DNA from: Octopus vulgaris
Taxonomy: Eukaryota
DNA length: 64,000 nt
Assembly (NCBI GenBank): GCA_951406725.2
Contig: OX597818.1
Span: forward strand, 140,616,001-140,680,000
Reading direction: 5' to 3'
The translations under genes and the position numbers were made by a program. The notes under the pieces were generated by a model. That model searched no databases. It was given only the letters and a program-made list of their open reading frames with translations, and was not told the origin of the DNA. Positions within the stretch are counted from its first letter, which is position 1, and every line of letters begins with the position of its first letter. Below are positions 1-12,122 of this stretch, piece by piece.

Positions 1-381
1 CTCGCTCTCCGACGTATATTGCTAGGAAAAGAAAATTCCTTGGATCCCAACAAGAATCACAGAGTTTGATTATGTTATTAAGTATGCAATTCTAAAGGCA
101 TGGAATTAATTATGTATATAGCCCCAAGGTCCATGTAAAATATAATTATTCAATGAAAGCCAAGACTGAATGAGACACCTAAAAATTGCAGACATGCAGG
201 TGCCGATGTGCAGTGGCATCTGTGTATGTGATGTGAATCAATGTCTAATTATACCGCTGTGCAGCGGGGAGGCCTGTCTTTGATGGGAATCAAGAAATCG
301 AAGGTAATTCAGACTCTTTTAAGAGGCAAACATCAACGTTATCGTAATCTCTCCTCTCTTTTATCATATATGTCGGTTATA

Positions 382-777
382 TCTTTATATATAAAAGTAA
401 GGTTGTGTGTCTATCTCCTACGATTTAGATTCCTAACTACTCCCACATTTTGCGGTGCAGTTTAACCAAAACCGGGTATCTTATAGTCGTGATTCATATC
501 GAGCTCTTCTGGGTATTAGCGCGCGTATACGATAAGTCTACGATTTAAAAAAAAAATTACCATCATTTTTTCCATTTTAATGCTTTTTTCGCTATTCTAT
601 AAGGGAAGTAACTCTCTAAAAATGTCTACGATGAGTCAACGATTTAAAAAAAAAAATTACCATAATTTTTTTCCCATTTTTAATGCTTTTTTTGCTATTT
701 TTTGGCTATAACTCTCTAAAAATGCTTATATAGTTATTTCCCTTACAAACCCGAGCAACGCCGGGCGATACTGCTAG
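382..777 (+). mobile_element. Non-autonomous Helitron
   Basis: Starts TC (TCTTTATATATAAAAG) and ends CTAG, inserted between A381 and T778 with no TSD. Subterminal GC hairpin CCCGAGCAACGCCGGG at 750-765. Internal tandem duplication at about 535-725. Confidence 0.85.
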
Positions 778-1333
778 TAGCATATAAAAGATGGAGGTTT
801 ATAAATCAAGAATCAGCATCAACGAAGTCACGTAAGACGTTTACTATAGCCTTTTTAGTAACAACTTTTACTACACCACCGAGCAAAATTCTCTGCGTTT
901 AGGAAAGCAGTCCCAATTTAGGAGATATATATGTATGTGTGTGTACATGTGAATGTATGTCGGCGTGTGTATCGGTGTGTGTGGTTTGGTGTATATATAT
1001 ATATGTATTTGTTACATGTTATGTGATTTGGATTTTATTGTGTAACGAAAATACTGTAAATAAAATGGGCATATCTCTAAAACTATTTTCTGCTTGCTGT
1101 AATTATTTGTATGTCAAACGGTTTCGCTTATTTAATTTTCTACATCTTTTAAAATCATTGTCAAGGCATTTATTATCGATGTTGCGTTGTTGTTATGAAA
1201 CGACTCATTCTGCGTATCTCTTTTTCCGTCTCCTTATATTTCGATAAATCTCTATTTGGTTTATCGTCTGTTATGACTGATAATTTCTGTACGAGGCGGG
1301 TCATTATCTGAGGGTCTTCTTTTACAACAACCT

Positions 1334-1562
1334 TACTCTTTTACTCTTTACTCTTTTACTTGTTTCAGTCATTTGACTGCTGCCATGCTGGAGCACCGCC
1401 TTTAATCGAGCAACTCGACCCCGTGACTTATTCTTTTGTAAGCCCAGTACTTATTCTATCGGTCTCCTTTGCCGAACCGCTAAGTAACGGGGACATAAAC
1501 ACACCAGCATCGGTTGTCAAGCAATGCTAGGGGGACAAACACACTCACACAAACACACACAC

Positions 1563-1601
<39 letters not shown>

Positions 1602-1712
1602 TACGACGGGCTTCTTTCAGTTTCCGTCTACCAAATCCACTCACAAGGCTTTGGTCAGCCCAAGGCTATAGCAGAAGACACTTGCCCAAAGTGCCACGCA
1701 ATGGGACTGAAC
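1334..1712 (-). mobile_element. SINE family A (tRNA-derived, internal (CA)n/(TA)n), 5'-truncated
   Basis: Near-identical to copies at 2182, 7889 and 54165; (GTAAAAGA)n-like 3' tail. Confidence 0.9.
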
Positions 1713-2181
1713 CTTCTGTCGATTACATTTTAACTCTCGCTATGTCTGACTAGAACATATATACTTTATCATTCTCTGAGACTACATAAGAGTGACACAA
1801 TTTTCAGTGTATGAAAGCATCAAAATTGTCATGGCTCTCGCTGCATTCTCATTTCTCTGAGTTTAGACAATATGAGATACCACGGTTATTTGCTTTTGCT
1901 CAATATCCTTAAGATATACAGTAAATTAACATATTCTGTTTCATCACATGCTTTTGGTAATATTTTTGTATGTGGGAAAAATTAGATAATATTCCCTAGT
2001 CGAAAGTTATTTCAGTTGTAATGTGTATTGGTCTCCTCAGTCACTGTTGAGATATTTCTTTATGAATATGTCAACCGTATTATTTTTTTCACAAAAATAT
2101 TTGCACATCGGTGCTTTGCTTGTCATTACTATGTACTCACATTTTGTAATCCAATCTTGCGCTTATCTAATCTTAAAAATA

Positions 2182-2322
2182 GACGCAGGAGTGGCTGTGT
2201 GGTAAGTAGCTTGCTAACCAACCACACGTTGGGCAAGTGTCTTCTGCTATAGCCCCGGGCCGACCAATGCCTTGTAAGTGGATTTGGTAGACAGAAACTG
2301 AAAGAAGCCTGTCGTATATATG

Positions 2323-2353
<31 letters not shown>

Positions 2354-2567
2354 TTGTGTGTCTGTGTTTGTCCCCCTAGCATTGCTTGACAGCCGATGCT
2401 GGTGTGTTTACGTCCCTGTCACTTAGCGGTTCGGCAAAAGAGACCGATAGAATAAGTACTGGGCTTACAAAGAATAAGTCCCGGGTTCGATTTGCTCCAC
2501 TAAAGGCGGTGCTCCAGCATGGTCGCAGTCAAATGACTGAAACAAGTAAAAGAGTAAAAGAATAAAA
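2182..2567 (+). mobile_element. SINE family A, internal deletion over the B box
   Basis: Head GCAGGAGTGGCTGTGTGGTAAG (A box), TTGGGCAAGTGTCTTCT, internal microsatellite, tail GGCGGTGCTCCAGCATGG...GAAACAAGTAAAAGAG. Confidence 0.9.
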
Positions 2568-2643
2568 GGGTTATCTGTGAACATTTTCAAAATATCTGCT
2601 GCTGCATCACCGTTCTCTTCACATCTGTCTATTATCCTAGCAG

Positions 2644-2953
2644 GGAAGGTGCGTGGCTTAGTGATTAAGGTATTCGATTCAAGATCATAAGGTCATGAGT
2701 TCAATTCCCGACGACGCGTTGTGTCCTTCAGCAAGACACTTTATTTCGCGTTGCTCTAGTCCACTCAGCTGGCAAAAATGACTAGTACTTGAATTTCAAA
2801 GGGCCAGCTTTGTCGCACCTTGTGAATCTCTGTGAAAACTACGTTAGGGGTACACGAATCTGTGGAGTGCTCAGCCACTTTGAACGTTAACTTCACGAGC
2901 AGGCTCTTTCGTCGATCAACTGGAGTACTCATCGTTATAACCGACGGAGTGCC
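2644..2953 (+). mobile_element. SINE family C (head H1, CORE-like middle, tail T2)
   Basis: A box TGGCTTAGTGA and B box GAGTTCAATTCC; GTGTCCTTCAGCAAGACACTT; tail shared with 48618-48790 and 63504-63680. Confidence 0.8.
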
Positions 2954-3165
2954 AATTATTAGAGTAGACTATTTTACGCATGTCGTTTCCGTATGTTTCG
3001 AATGTATTTTTATTAGTTACTCGTTCCTAGAAATATATTGGCTTTCATTATACGTAACATAACCTAAAATCCATGTGCAATCCAAGGTTTAATTCCAACA
3101 GTCTTTCGGTCGATTGTATTCAACAGCGAATGGTGAATGACAATAATTTATAATTTTCTTTGTAG

Positions 3166-3236
3166 GTAATCAGGTAGTCTCCAACGGGAAATTGTTTCAT
3201 CACACAACCGCAATAACCGAATCATATACTTTACTG
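3166..3236 (+). CDS. Candidate 71-nt internal exon of an unknown gene
   Basis: Acceptor TTTTCTTTGTAG and donor CTG|GTGAGT; one open frame (G)NQVVSNGKLFHHTTAITESYTLL; no recognised homology. Confidence 0.3.
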
Positions 3237-4233
3237 GTGAGTCAGCTGCAAATTTGTAAAGAAAACTAATTTAAAAAACAAACAATAATAACTAAATTAG
3301 TAAAGCAAAATAATAAACTTTGTACTTTTAATTTTGGTATCAGACTGTTTTACACATTATGACAAGAAGTAAAGAAGTAAAAAATTGCAGAGTATTGTCA
3401 AGTTTACAAGACTTGACTAACATTAAAAGAAAATCTGCAGGAAATTAAATTATTTGATATGTTTCTTCTTTGAAATAGGTTGTTTCATTAACTCAATTTT
3501 CCCTTAATGCGTCGCAAGATATTTAATTAAATATCTACATACATTAATCTATGTGTGTGTGTGTGTGTTTGTGCGTGAGTGTGTTTATCTGTCTCTCTGT
3601 GTGCGTGCGTATTTGCTTGTGTGTGAGTGTGTGTGTTTGTGATACACAAACACATGTACATATCGGATACACATCGATATGCTCACAGCATATTCTGCTT
3701 GTTCAGTTTTTAATAGAGAAATTAACAAATGACTTTGTTGTTGTTGTGTGGCTCTAATCAAGTTTGATTGATATTTCCCATAACCAAAGGAATTGTATCT
3801 GCTGTAAGCATCGACTATATATAAAAATGAAAGGATATATATTTTTTGAAGACTGTGGGACGTCAGTTTATCGAACTTCGTTGCCATATGTATCAACACT
3901 AACGATCATGTTCAGCCGCTCGCTTTTTGAAGGACGCAATGTGATAGCACATCTTCAGACATCATCAGTCTTTTCCATTGTTCACGAGGTCTTAGTAAGG
4001 ATTGCTAGACAATTATTGCTCCAACTACAATACGTCTTTAAAATGGTAACTTATATGTTTATTTTATACTCTCCGTAATATAGGAGATTTCTTGTCAGTT
4101 ATAATTCCTAATGGTCTACTGGGGTTAATGCGTAGCTCTATATATTTTTGTATGTATATATGTATATATATGTATCCATCTGTCCCTCTCTCTCTACCTA
4201 CACCTACATGTATAAGTATATAATATATATATA

Positions 4234-4235
<2 letters not shown>

Positions 4236-4265
<30 letters not shown>

Positions 4266-4474
4266 CTAGTTTCAGCTTATGAGCTGTGGCCATGCTGGGG
4301 CACCGCCATTTGGTGTTGCTACTTGGTTTCACTTCACGAAAGCTTTCTAGCAACTGCCATTTGGTGCATGAGAGAGTTCGATGCAGCTGCCCTCATCTGC
4401 CCCTCCTGCCGTGAAGTTGGTTCATCTGGGACACCTGGCAGGAAGAGATCCAGCTTCATTTTAAAGACATCTGC
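4236..4474 (-). mobile_element. CR1-type LINE 3' end with (TCAA)n tail
   Basis: Minus strand encodes ADVFKMKLDLFLPGVPDEPTSRQEGQMRAAASNSLMHQM, matching the FKxxLDxFLxxVPDEP...RAAxSNSL C-terminus of invertebrate CR1 ORF2. Confidence 0.75.
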
Positions 4475-4554
4475 ATCCAGCTTCATTTTAAAGACATCTG
4501 CATTTTATAGACATTAAAGACATCTGCATCCAGCTTCATTTTAAAGACATCTGC
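4448..4554. repeat. 27-bp reiteration at the CR1 5' junction
   Basis: ATCCAGCTTCATTTTAAAGACATCTGC at 4448, 4475 and 4528, plus a scrambled copy at 4502. Confidence 0.9.
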
Positions 4555-4559
4555 ATTTT

Positions 4560-4840
4560 ATATATTAATATATAAAATAAAACATATGCATATATATAAA
4601 CATATATGTACGTACCTACCTCTACATGTACATATACACGCATATATGAGTACAGGACACCAAAAGGACGTCGAACACAATGAGAAACGAAAACATGGTT
4701 TGTGTCTATGTTTTCGTTTCTCATTGTGTTCGACGTCCTTTTGTGTCCTTTATGCGTGTATATGTACATGTAGAGGTAGGTACGTACATATATGTTTATA
4801 TATATATATGCATATGTTTTATTTCATTTATTAATATATT
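4560..4840. repeat. Long inverted repeat (arms about 135 bp, loop about 11 nt), probably PLE-derived
   Basis: 4560-4696 is the reverse complement of 4708-4840 with few indels. Confidence 0.85.
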
Positions 4841-4869
4841 ATATGATGAAACGCACGCACCCCCTTAAG

Positions 4870-4927
<58 letters not shown>

Positions 4928-4932
<5 letters not shown>

Positions 4933-5472
4933 ATGAGGGTGAAAAATCGATATTAATTTAATAATACCATCAATTTAACACCAAGTGGCTTAGCACAAAA
5001 AACTACGGAGAAAATACAAATTTATACATAAATTATTAGAGAGTTATCCACTATGTGGATAACTCTAGTGCTAAAAATAGCTCCGAAGCAACCACAGAAG
5101 ATCCGTTTCCAACTAGAATCAACATACATTTAACGGAAGGAAAGTGAAATACAACGAATAAAATAGATTGACTCTATACAATTGTTTCATTACTAATGCA
5201 ATATGTAGTTTTACTTACACTCGAATCGCTCGAATCGATCTAATTAATTGCATTTCTGACAAACTCTACCGAAGATTTATGGATGCAAGTGTAAGTAAAA
5301 CTACATATTGCATTAGTAATGAAACAATTGTATAGAGTCAATCTATTTTATTCGTTGTATTTCACTTTCCTTCAGTTAAATGTGTGTTGATTCTAGTTGG
5401 AAACGGATCTTCGTGGTTGCTTCGAGCTATTTTTAGCACTAGAGTTATCCACATAGTGGATAACTCTCTAAT
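4928..5472. mobile_element. Penelope-like element terminus, inverted pseudo-LTR pair in (TA)n
   Basis: 5036-5220 is the reverse complement of 5289-5472. One copy has an extra ~100-nt tail. Flanked by (TA)n and contains a hammerhead fold. Confidence 0.75.
5263..5338 (+). ncRNA. Type I hammerhead ribozyme fold (U4C variant)
   Basis: Stem I ACTCTA/TAGAGT; core CCGAAGA (5269-5275); long stem II (ATGCAA/TTGCAT); GAAA 5321-5324; stem III A-U and C-G closing a palindromic AATT loop; GUA cleavage triplet. Confidence 0.75.
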
Positions 5473-5571
5473 ATATATATATATATATATATATATGGAT
5501 ATATGGATATATGGATGTATGCATATATATAGATGTATACACATGTGTATATATGTATATATATATATATG

Positions 5572-5631
<60 letters not shown>

Positions 5632-5632
<1 letters not shown>

Positions 5633-6633
5633 CATGTCATCCCATAAGTTCTGCCAGAATTTTGAATAAAGAAAACAATTGATTAAATGTTACATTTAAT
5701 TGAAATTTAATCATCAATGTACTTTCCCTGATTATCTATGACATCCTTCCATCTATGTACAAGCTTTTTAATCCCATCAATGTAAACCTCTTTTGGTTTC
5801 AAACTGAAGAACTCTGAAATGTCCGTTTCGACCTCCTACTGTAACAATTCAAAGCGAATTACTCCTCTGCAATCCAGCCAGATAGAGAGAAGAACCTTTT
5901 TTCCATGAAGTTCCCTTCTCGGTTGTGGTTGAGCTTTTCCCCTTTTTATCAAGCCACTGTTTACGACGTTTAAAATTTCAATAGAAGATCCATTTTTCGT
6001 CACCAGTCAAAAGTATATATATCCAAAATGGGTGAAATGAGTTCGCGAGAATGGTGAGACGAGCAGAGGTCAATTCGGGATTTGCAATTGCTTTAGGAGA
6101 ATTCCTGATGCACCCATTTTCCAGGTTTTGGAACCTTCCCAAGTTGTTGAAGATGACGATGAACAGTTGTATAGTTTGAACTAAGCTTTATTGCCAATTC
6201 TTCAACTGATATTGCAGGATTTTCTTCATGCAATGCCTCAAAGAGCTTTTCATCAAACTCAACTGGACGTGCTATTTGATCTTCATTTCCAAGGCTGAAA
6301 TCTCCACTTCTGAATTTTGCAAACCATCTCCTCAAGTTCTTTCATTCAAGCATTCATTCCCATAAACTGGGTGTATGTTTCAAGTCGCTTCGGCTGCAGA
6401 GTTTCCTTTTTTTACTCATAAATCAGTATATGCCTCAAATGCTCTTTGGATATTTCCGTGTTAGGAAGGGTTTCAATCAAAGAAATTGAATTCTATTATT
6501 CTGTGAAATAATATTTAAATGTACACAAATGCATGAAAATAAGTTTTAATTCCATTAGACAATCTAAAGTACTATTAAATTTCATTCAATTTTAGAAAAG
6601 GTAAAATCGGACAGAACGTATGGGATGACCTGA
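5632..6633 (-). mobile_element. Mariner transposon relic
   Basis: ~32-bp TIRs (TCATGTCATCCCATAAGTTCTG / CAGAACGTATGGGATGACCTGA) flanked by TA. Peptide RRWFAKFRSGDFSL...HLQQLGKVPKPGKWV is a mariner HTH and WVPHEL-like linker. Frameshifted. Confidence 0.92.
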
Positions 6634-7079
6634 TATTTACGTATGTAAATATATAAACATCTATATGTATACTTATATTTGCTTAACTACTAATATATGT
6701 GTATGTATGCATGTATCTATGTATGTATAATTAAATATCGCATTTTCCACTTCTAGGAAAATACTTTCTTGCATTTTGGCATTGTTCTATTGTTTTGTTA
6801 TTTTGTTATACGATCATTACGTTTGTCAATTATTTCACACTGAACTTCGAATACAGAAAATAAGAGCATTTAAGAATGATGACAAATGCGTCAAAATATT
6901 AGCTACAGATAGAAAGCTAGTAAAATATATGAGCAGCCCTTGCCAAACCGTCCCTTAATAAGGTGAACTCTATTAAAATGTTGACTTATTCCGAATTTTC
7001 TTGAATGTAAAATTATTTTAAATAATTGTTGATTCCGAAGTGAATCAAAAATTTTGAAATCCTTTTGTTTTAACATCTT

Positions 7080-7600
7080 CACATACGTTAGACATTCCTC
7101 TTAAAATTAATAATTTGCTATCTCACAAATTATACCATTCCTGAGGAAAAGCGCTTCAACATACAACTCAGCTATTCTTGCCTAGATGACATATTTGCTA
7201 TCATTTTGCTACAAGACTTAAAATCATACAGATTCACAACTTACACAGCAACAACTTAACTGCAGTGATAGAAGTTGAGTCACATCCTCCGAAGAGTATT
7301 CTATCTTCTTAATCGAAATGTCATGCTGAGGAACGTTGCGAGTTTACTCTAACGTATTCAAGGAGCGCTACAATCAAACATCTTCACCAATTTAGGTTAA
7401 AGAAAACAATGCCCCCACACTTTATCTTGCGTATTTAAAACCTTAGTAACAGGTGGCCTTCTTTTCATGCCATAACTTGAAGCTTTTACGGTAGAGCATC
7501 TCTGCATGAGAGTTTTATCATGTAGTCAGAGACCCTATCTCTCTGGGAAACTACATATTTTGGAACAATTGGGGATATCCATCCCCAAGTATTCTGAAGT
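7080..7600 (+). mobile_element. Decayed Penelope-like (Neptune-type) GIY-YIG region
   Basis: Remnant motifs LSYSC (~7164) and FKERYN (~7356); many stops; boundaries approximate. Confidence 0.45.
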
Positions 7601-7888
7601 GATTGATAACTGTTGTCACAGATGAGTCGTTCTCATGGCTGGGATTCAAACAAATTATGTGGGAAATAATGTCACAAAGTGTAGGATGTGACCGGGTTTC
7701 TACAATTGTCAACGAATTGTTGGCCCATAGTCTGTCCGCTCGTAGTGAGTAGTATTGGAAGATATATTTTCTAGGCAAAAAAATAATCCCATGTGAACGA
7801 TATGTTTCTTGCGAACAGTATTTTGTCTCAACAGTGTACCCAACCATTCTTTCATCAACTGAAACACAGTAACAACATATCGAATATA

Positions 7889-8287
7889 TACTCTTTACTT
7901 GTTTCAGTCATTTGACTGCGGCCATGCTGGAACACCGCCTTTAGTCGATCAAATCGACCCCGGGACTTATTCTTTGTAAGCCTAGTACTTATTCTATCGG
8001 TCTCTTTTTGCCGAACCGCTAAGTGACGGGGACGTAAACACACCAGCATCGGTTTTCAAGCAATGCTAGGGGGACAAACACAGACACACAAGCACACATA
8101 CATATATATATATATACATATATACGACAGGCTTCTTTCAGTTTCCGTCTACCAAATCCACTCACAAGGCATTGGTCGGCCCGGGGCTATAGCAGAAGAC
8201 ACTTGCCCAAGATGCCACGCAGTGAGACTGAACCCGGAACCATGTGGTTGGTTAGCAAGCTACTTACCACACAGCCACTCCTGCGTC
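7889..8287 (-). mobile_element. SINE family A, full length
   Basis: A box TGGCTGTGTGG and B box GGTTCAGTC on the minus strand; internal microsatellite; high identity to 54165-54590. Confidence 0.92.
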
Positions 8288-8399
8288 TATCTAGATTAAA
8301 TATAGTAGCAATAGTGTAGTCACAAGAGATCAAAATTTCCTGAAACATTATCAGATATTCGAATCACGTAAAATCAAACGGTTGTTTATGGTTCAGAAT

Positions 8400-8600
8400 A
8401 CACCAGTAAACAACACAACGGCAATCATATATAGTTGAAATTTATAGAAAAACAAAAGGCGCAGACAGGAGTATGAACAGCAAACAAGTGCATTGGTTTG
8501 ACACCCGGGAAAAAGGAAATATTTTTTTACGATTCAAGCCTTCGCTCTTCTACAGAAAGGAATAAGAGAAAATAAACAGAGAGCGGGCGAAAAAGACTCG
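8400..8600 (-). mobile_element. PLE-like terminus with degenerate minimal hammerhead
   Basis: Minus strand reads TTT-CTGTAGA-A-GAGCGAAGGCTT-GAAT-CG-TA-AAA; homologous to 34040-34210 and 50700-50885. Confidence 0.6.
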
Positions 8601-8699
8601 TATGTTTCAAATTAGCCTTAACCCAATCAAATTATTATAAATGACTTCAGATACTCACCCTGCATTAGTCTTTAATGTCCTTTTCCTCATCGAGCTTAC

Positions 8700-8990
8700 G
8701 ACCCTGAGGTTGTGAGTTCGAATCCTGGACCAGGCTGCGTGTTGTATTCTTCAGCAAGACATTCTATTTCACTTTACTCCAGATCACTCAGCTGTAGAAA
8801 TTATTTGTGATGCCACTGGTGCCAAACAGTATCGGCCTTTGCTTTTCCCTTGGATGACATCGGTGGCGTGGAGAGGGAAGGCTGGTATGCATGGGCGCCT
8901 GCTGGCCTTCCACAAACAACATTGCCCCCGGACTTGTGCCTCGGAGGGTAACCTCCTAGGTGCAATCCCATGGTCGACCGAAGGGGGTCT
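8700..8990 (+). mobile_element. SINE family C, 5'-truncated, different tail (T3)
   Basis: B box GAGTTCGAATCC, CORE-like CTTCAGCAAGACATT...CACTCAGCTG, then an unrelated tail. Confidence 0.7.
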
Positions 8991-9152
8991 CCGTATATAT
9001 ATATACATATATAAGGGCATACAAAAATTTTTCGTTGCCTATATGCTGACGAGAGACGCTAAATCGTCGAACCACGTTAAATATCTTAACTATTATTATG
9101 ACACACGTGTCGAAATGAGAAAGTAGGCAACCGGAAATTCATAATGTTGAGT

Positions 9153-9251
<99 letters not shown>

Positions 9252-10149
9252 TCACAGAAGAACCAACTCCAGTATCTTTTTTATATTATGGCGCTAGATT
9301 AAAGGATCATTGATAATTAAATGACTGGTGGTAGACTAAGTATAGAACGGCATTTAATAGAACAGAAATGCTAATCGTTGTTGAGTTTCTTTGCGTCGAG
9401 AGCACTTTACTTGCACATCATAGATAGCTGGGGTAATGTAGAGAAACCTGAAATGTAGCATCATCTGCATATCGAAATGCTTACGAAGAAGATAATAGAA
9501 GAATCTAACCTTGAGCTCGCAGAATTGACTAAACAAGGAACAATGCTACTTGACAGATGTTAGACTGATGGTTCTTTCATACATAGATACCATGATTTCA
9601 ATGCGTGACACATTCAGATTCCCCTCGGTTCAACTGTCGCATTTATGGGTCATCAAGCAAATACACGTCAGTTGCTAGATGCATTCTCTATAAGTTTCAA
9701 CAGTCAAACAAGTTTTATGGCAAAATTATGTACATATTCTTATACAGAATTCATTAAGATATTTGTTTTATGATGTTCTATATAATTTTTGCTGAACGCG
9801 CTCGAGAATATAATACATAACTTTGAATATAACATGATTTCGACTATAATATTTTCAATTTGAAATATTATTATATAAGCAATGTCAAATTCATGATATC
9901 CTCTACGTACAAATAAAATTAATGTCGTGATATATTCCAATAAATTAGAGTTTGTGATATCACGTAATAAATGGAGTGTCGTAATATCTTTCTTACTAAT
10001 ATTGATTTCCTTCGTCGGAATAACGCCAACTTTGTGAGTTTATCAGAAATACGTATTTTATCTACACCGATGGACAACATTTATAACCAAATTCAGTGAG
10101 AACCAGTCTCAGAAATATCCATTTCTAAATAGATTACGTAAATAATCCT

Positions 10150-11100
10150 TTCTGTGTGTAATTTTCCCCAACACCACAGACAAACTGTTAGGCGACACGA
10201 GTTTGCATGTGGCATGTTGACTGCGGCAAGGTGAGGTGTGTTTGGGGAAGGTTACAGGGCACCATCAGAATGATAATGAGCGTTGGTAGGTGTGATGTTA
10301 TTTAATATGTATAGAAAAAAGGGACAGGAGGACAAAAGCGTATACCCGGTGGAGTGATGCACAGATGGAATGTCGACCAAAAAGAGCTTCATGCAAACAT
10401 GTGGCGTTAGTGTAATTTGACAGCAAGTTAGTTGATCAGAGATAGGATGAGCGCATTGACGGCAATTTTTTACGATTGGCAGGAGGATCGCGTGATCGAC
10501 ATAGTCGAAAGGTTTGCTAATGTCGAGTGCGAAAATATTGCTTTCAACAATTCGTTCCATTACTAGAGCCCACTGATGGATAGAATGAGAGATTAGACCA
10601 ACTGTATGCCTGATGTTTTTATGGAAATTAAACTGGTGATTATTAAGGAAAGAGCAATTCAGAGAGAAAGAGAGAGAGAAGAACAAAGAGAGGGATAGAA
10701 ATGGTAAGAGAGGGATTCGAATTGTTCGAGTAAATTGTTCTTAATGAGTGTCTCCATTTCTAAGATGCTAAAAATGACATTTCGTTAATTAGCTGCGTCA
10801 GGAAGGTTTCGTTTCATTGGAATGGGAACATAGAAGTGTCACCCCAAAAACCTGTACGTATCCCCGTAGCCAGAAACAGATTGAAGTGTTTGGTGAAACT
10901 AGGGGCCAGGTCTGTGATATAGCGTTTAACAGGAACGAAAAGACACCAGAACCGGTTGCCTTGTTGGTTCGAAGTAACAAGTAATACTTTTGCATTTAGC
11001 GTTTCTGTACGCAAATTGGTGGTCCTGGAAGGGTGCAAGGGTATACGAACGTGGGGGTTTCCTGAGTATATGCAGTGTTGAATTGCCTGCAAAGAACCAG
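10150..11100 (-). mobile_element. Decayed non-LTR retrotransposon RT fragment (CR1/Jockey group)
   Basis: ORF 10252-10686 has ALDISKPFDYVDHAILL (LDISKAFDxVxH motif) and a degenerate YADD region. Confidence 0.7.
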
Positions 11101-11314
11101 CATATAATTAAAGTTGAAGTTTGAAACTTGTGTCTGTTTTACCTGCAAGGAGAAAGAAATAAGTTATCAGTATCTTTCCACTCCGAGAAACACGGAAATA
11201 CACAATGTGGTCGCATATGTGTATAGATATAAACATATATACATTGATATATGCACATATATGTATAACTATACACATTCACTTAAATTTATCGCAACCC
11301 ACGCAAAATATGTA

Positions 11315-11645
<331 letters not shown>

Positions 11646-12041
11646 ACACGATCTACTCTCAAGTCAGTTGTATGACTAAAAGTGCTCAAGTGAAAGATGA
11701 TACGAAATACTTGCTCTCCTGCAACTTGCAACTACCTTCTTGTTTAATGCAATTAATCATGACGTATAAGTGCATCGTTGTTTCTACTCTCTAAACTATT
11801 ATCTCTAAAAAAAAAAACATAATCTTTTTTTCTCAATATAAGACTTAAGCGACACTTGTACGATACGTGTTCATATTAGTTTCGTTCGTTATATACATTC
11901 TTATTTTCTTTTCTAAATTAATTAAATTATTTACTTGATTGTACTCATTCAAGTATTCTGAGAGATTATTTATGAAGGTTGAATTGTGTAGCTTAAAATT
12001 TCATAAACTTTCTCATATTTTTATTTTTCCCTCCTTCTCTT

Positions 12042-12083
<42 letters not shown>

Positions 12084-12122
12084 TTCTCTTTGTATATATG
12101 TGTGTTTATGTATGTATGTATG

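Noticed and set aside
2010-2045. CTGAGGA...GAAA on the minus strand (also CTGATGA at 23697, 48563, 53965 and 62374 minus)
   Set aside because: Stems I and III cannot be formed; chance core matches.
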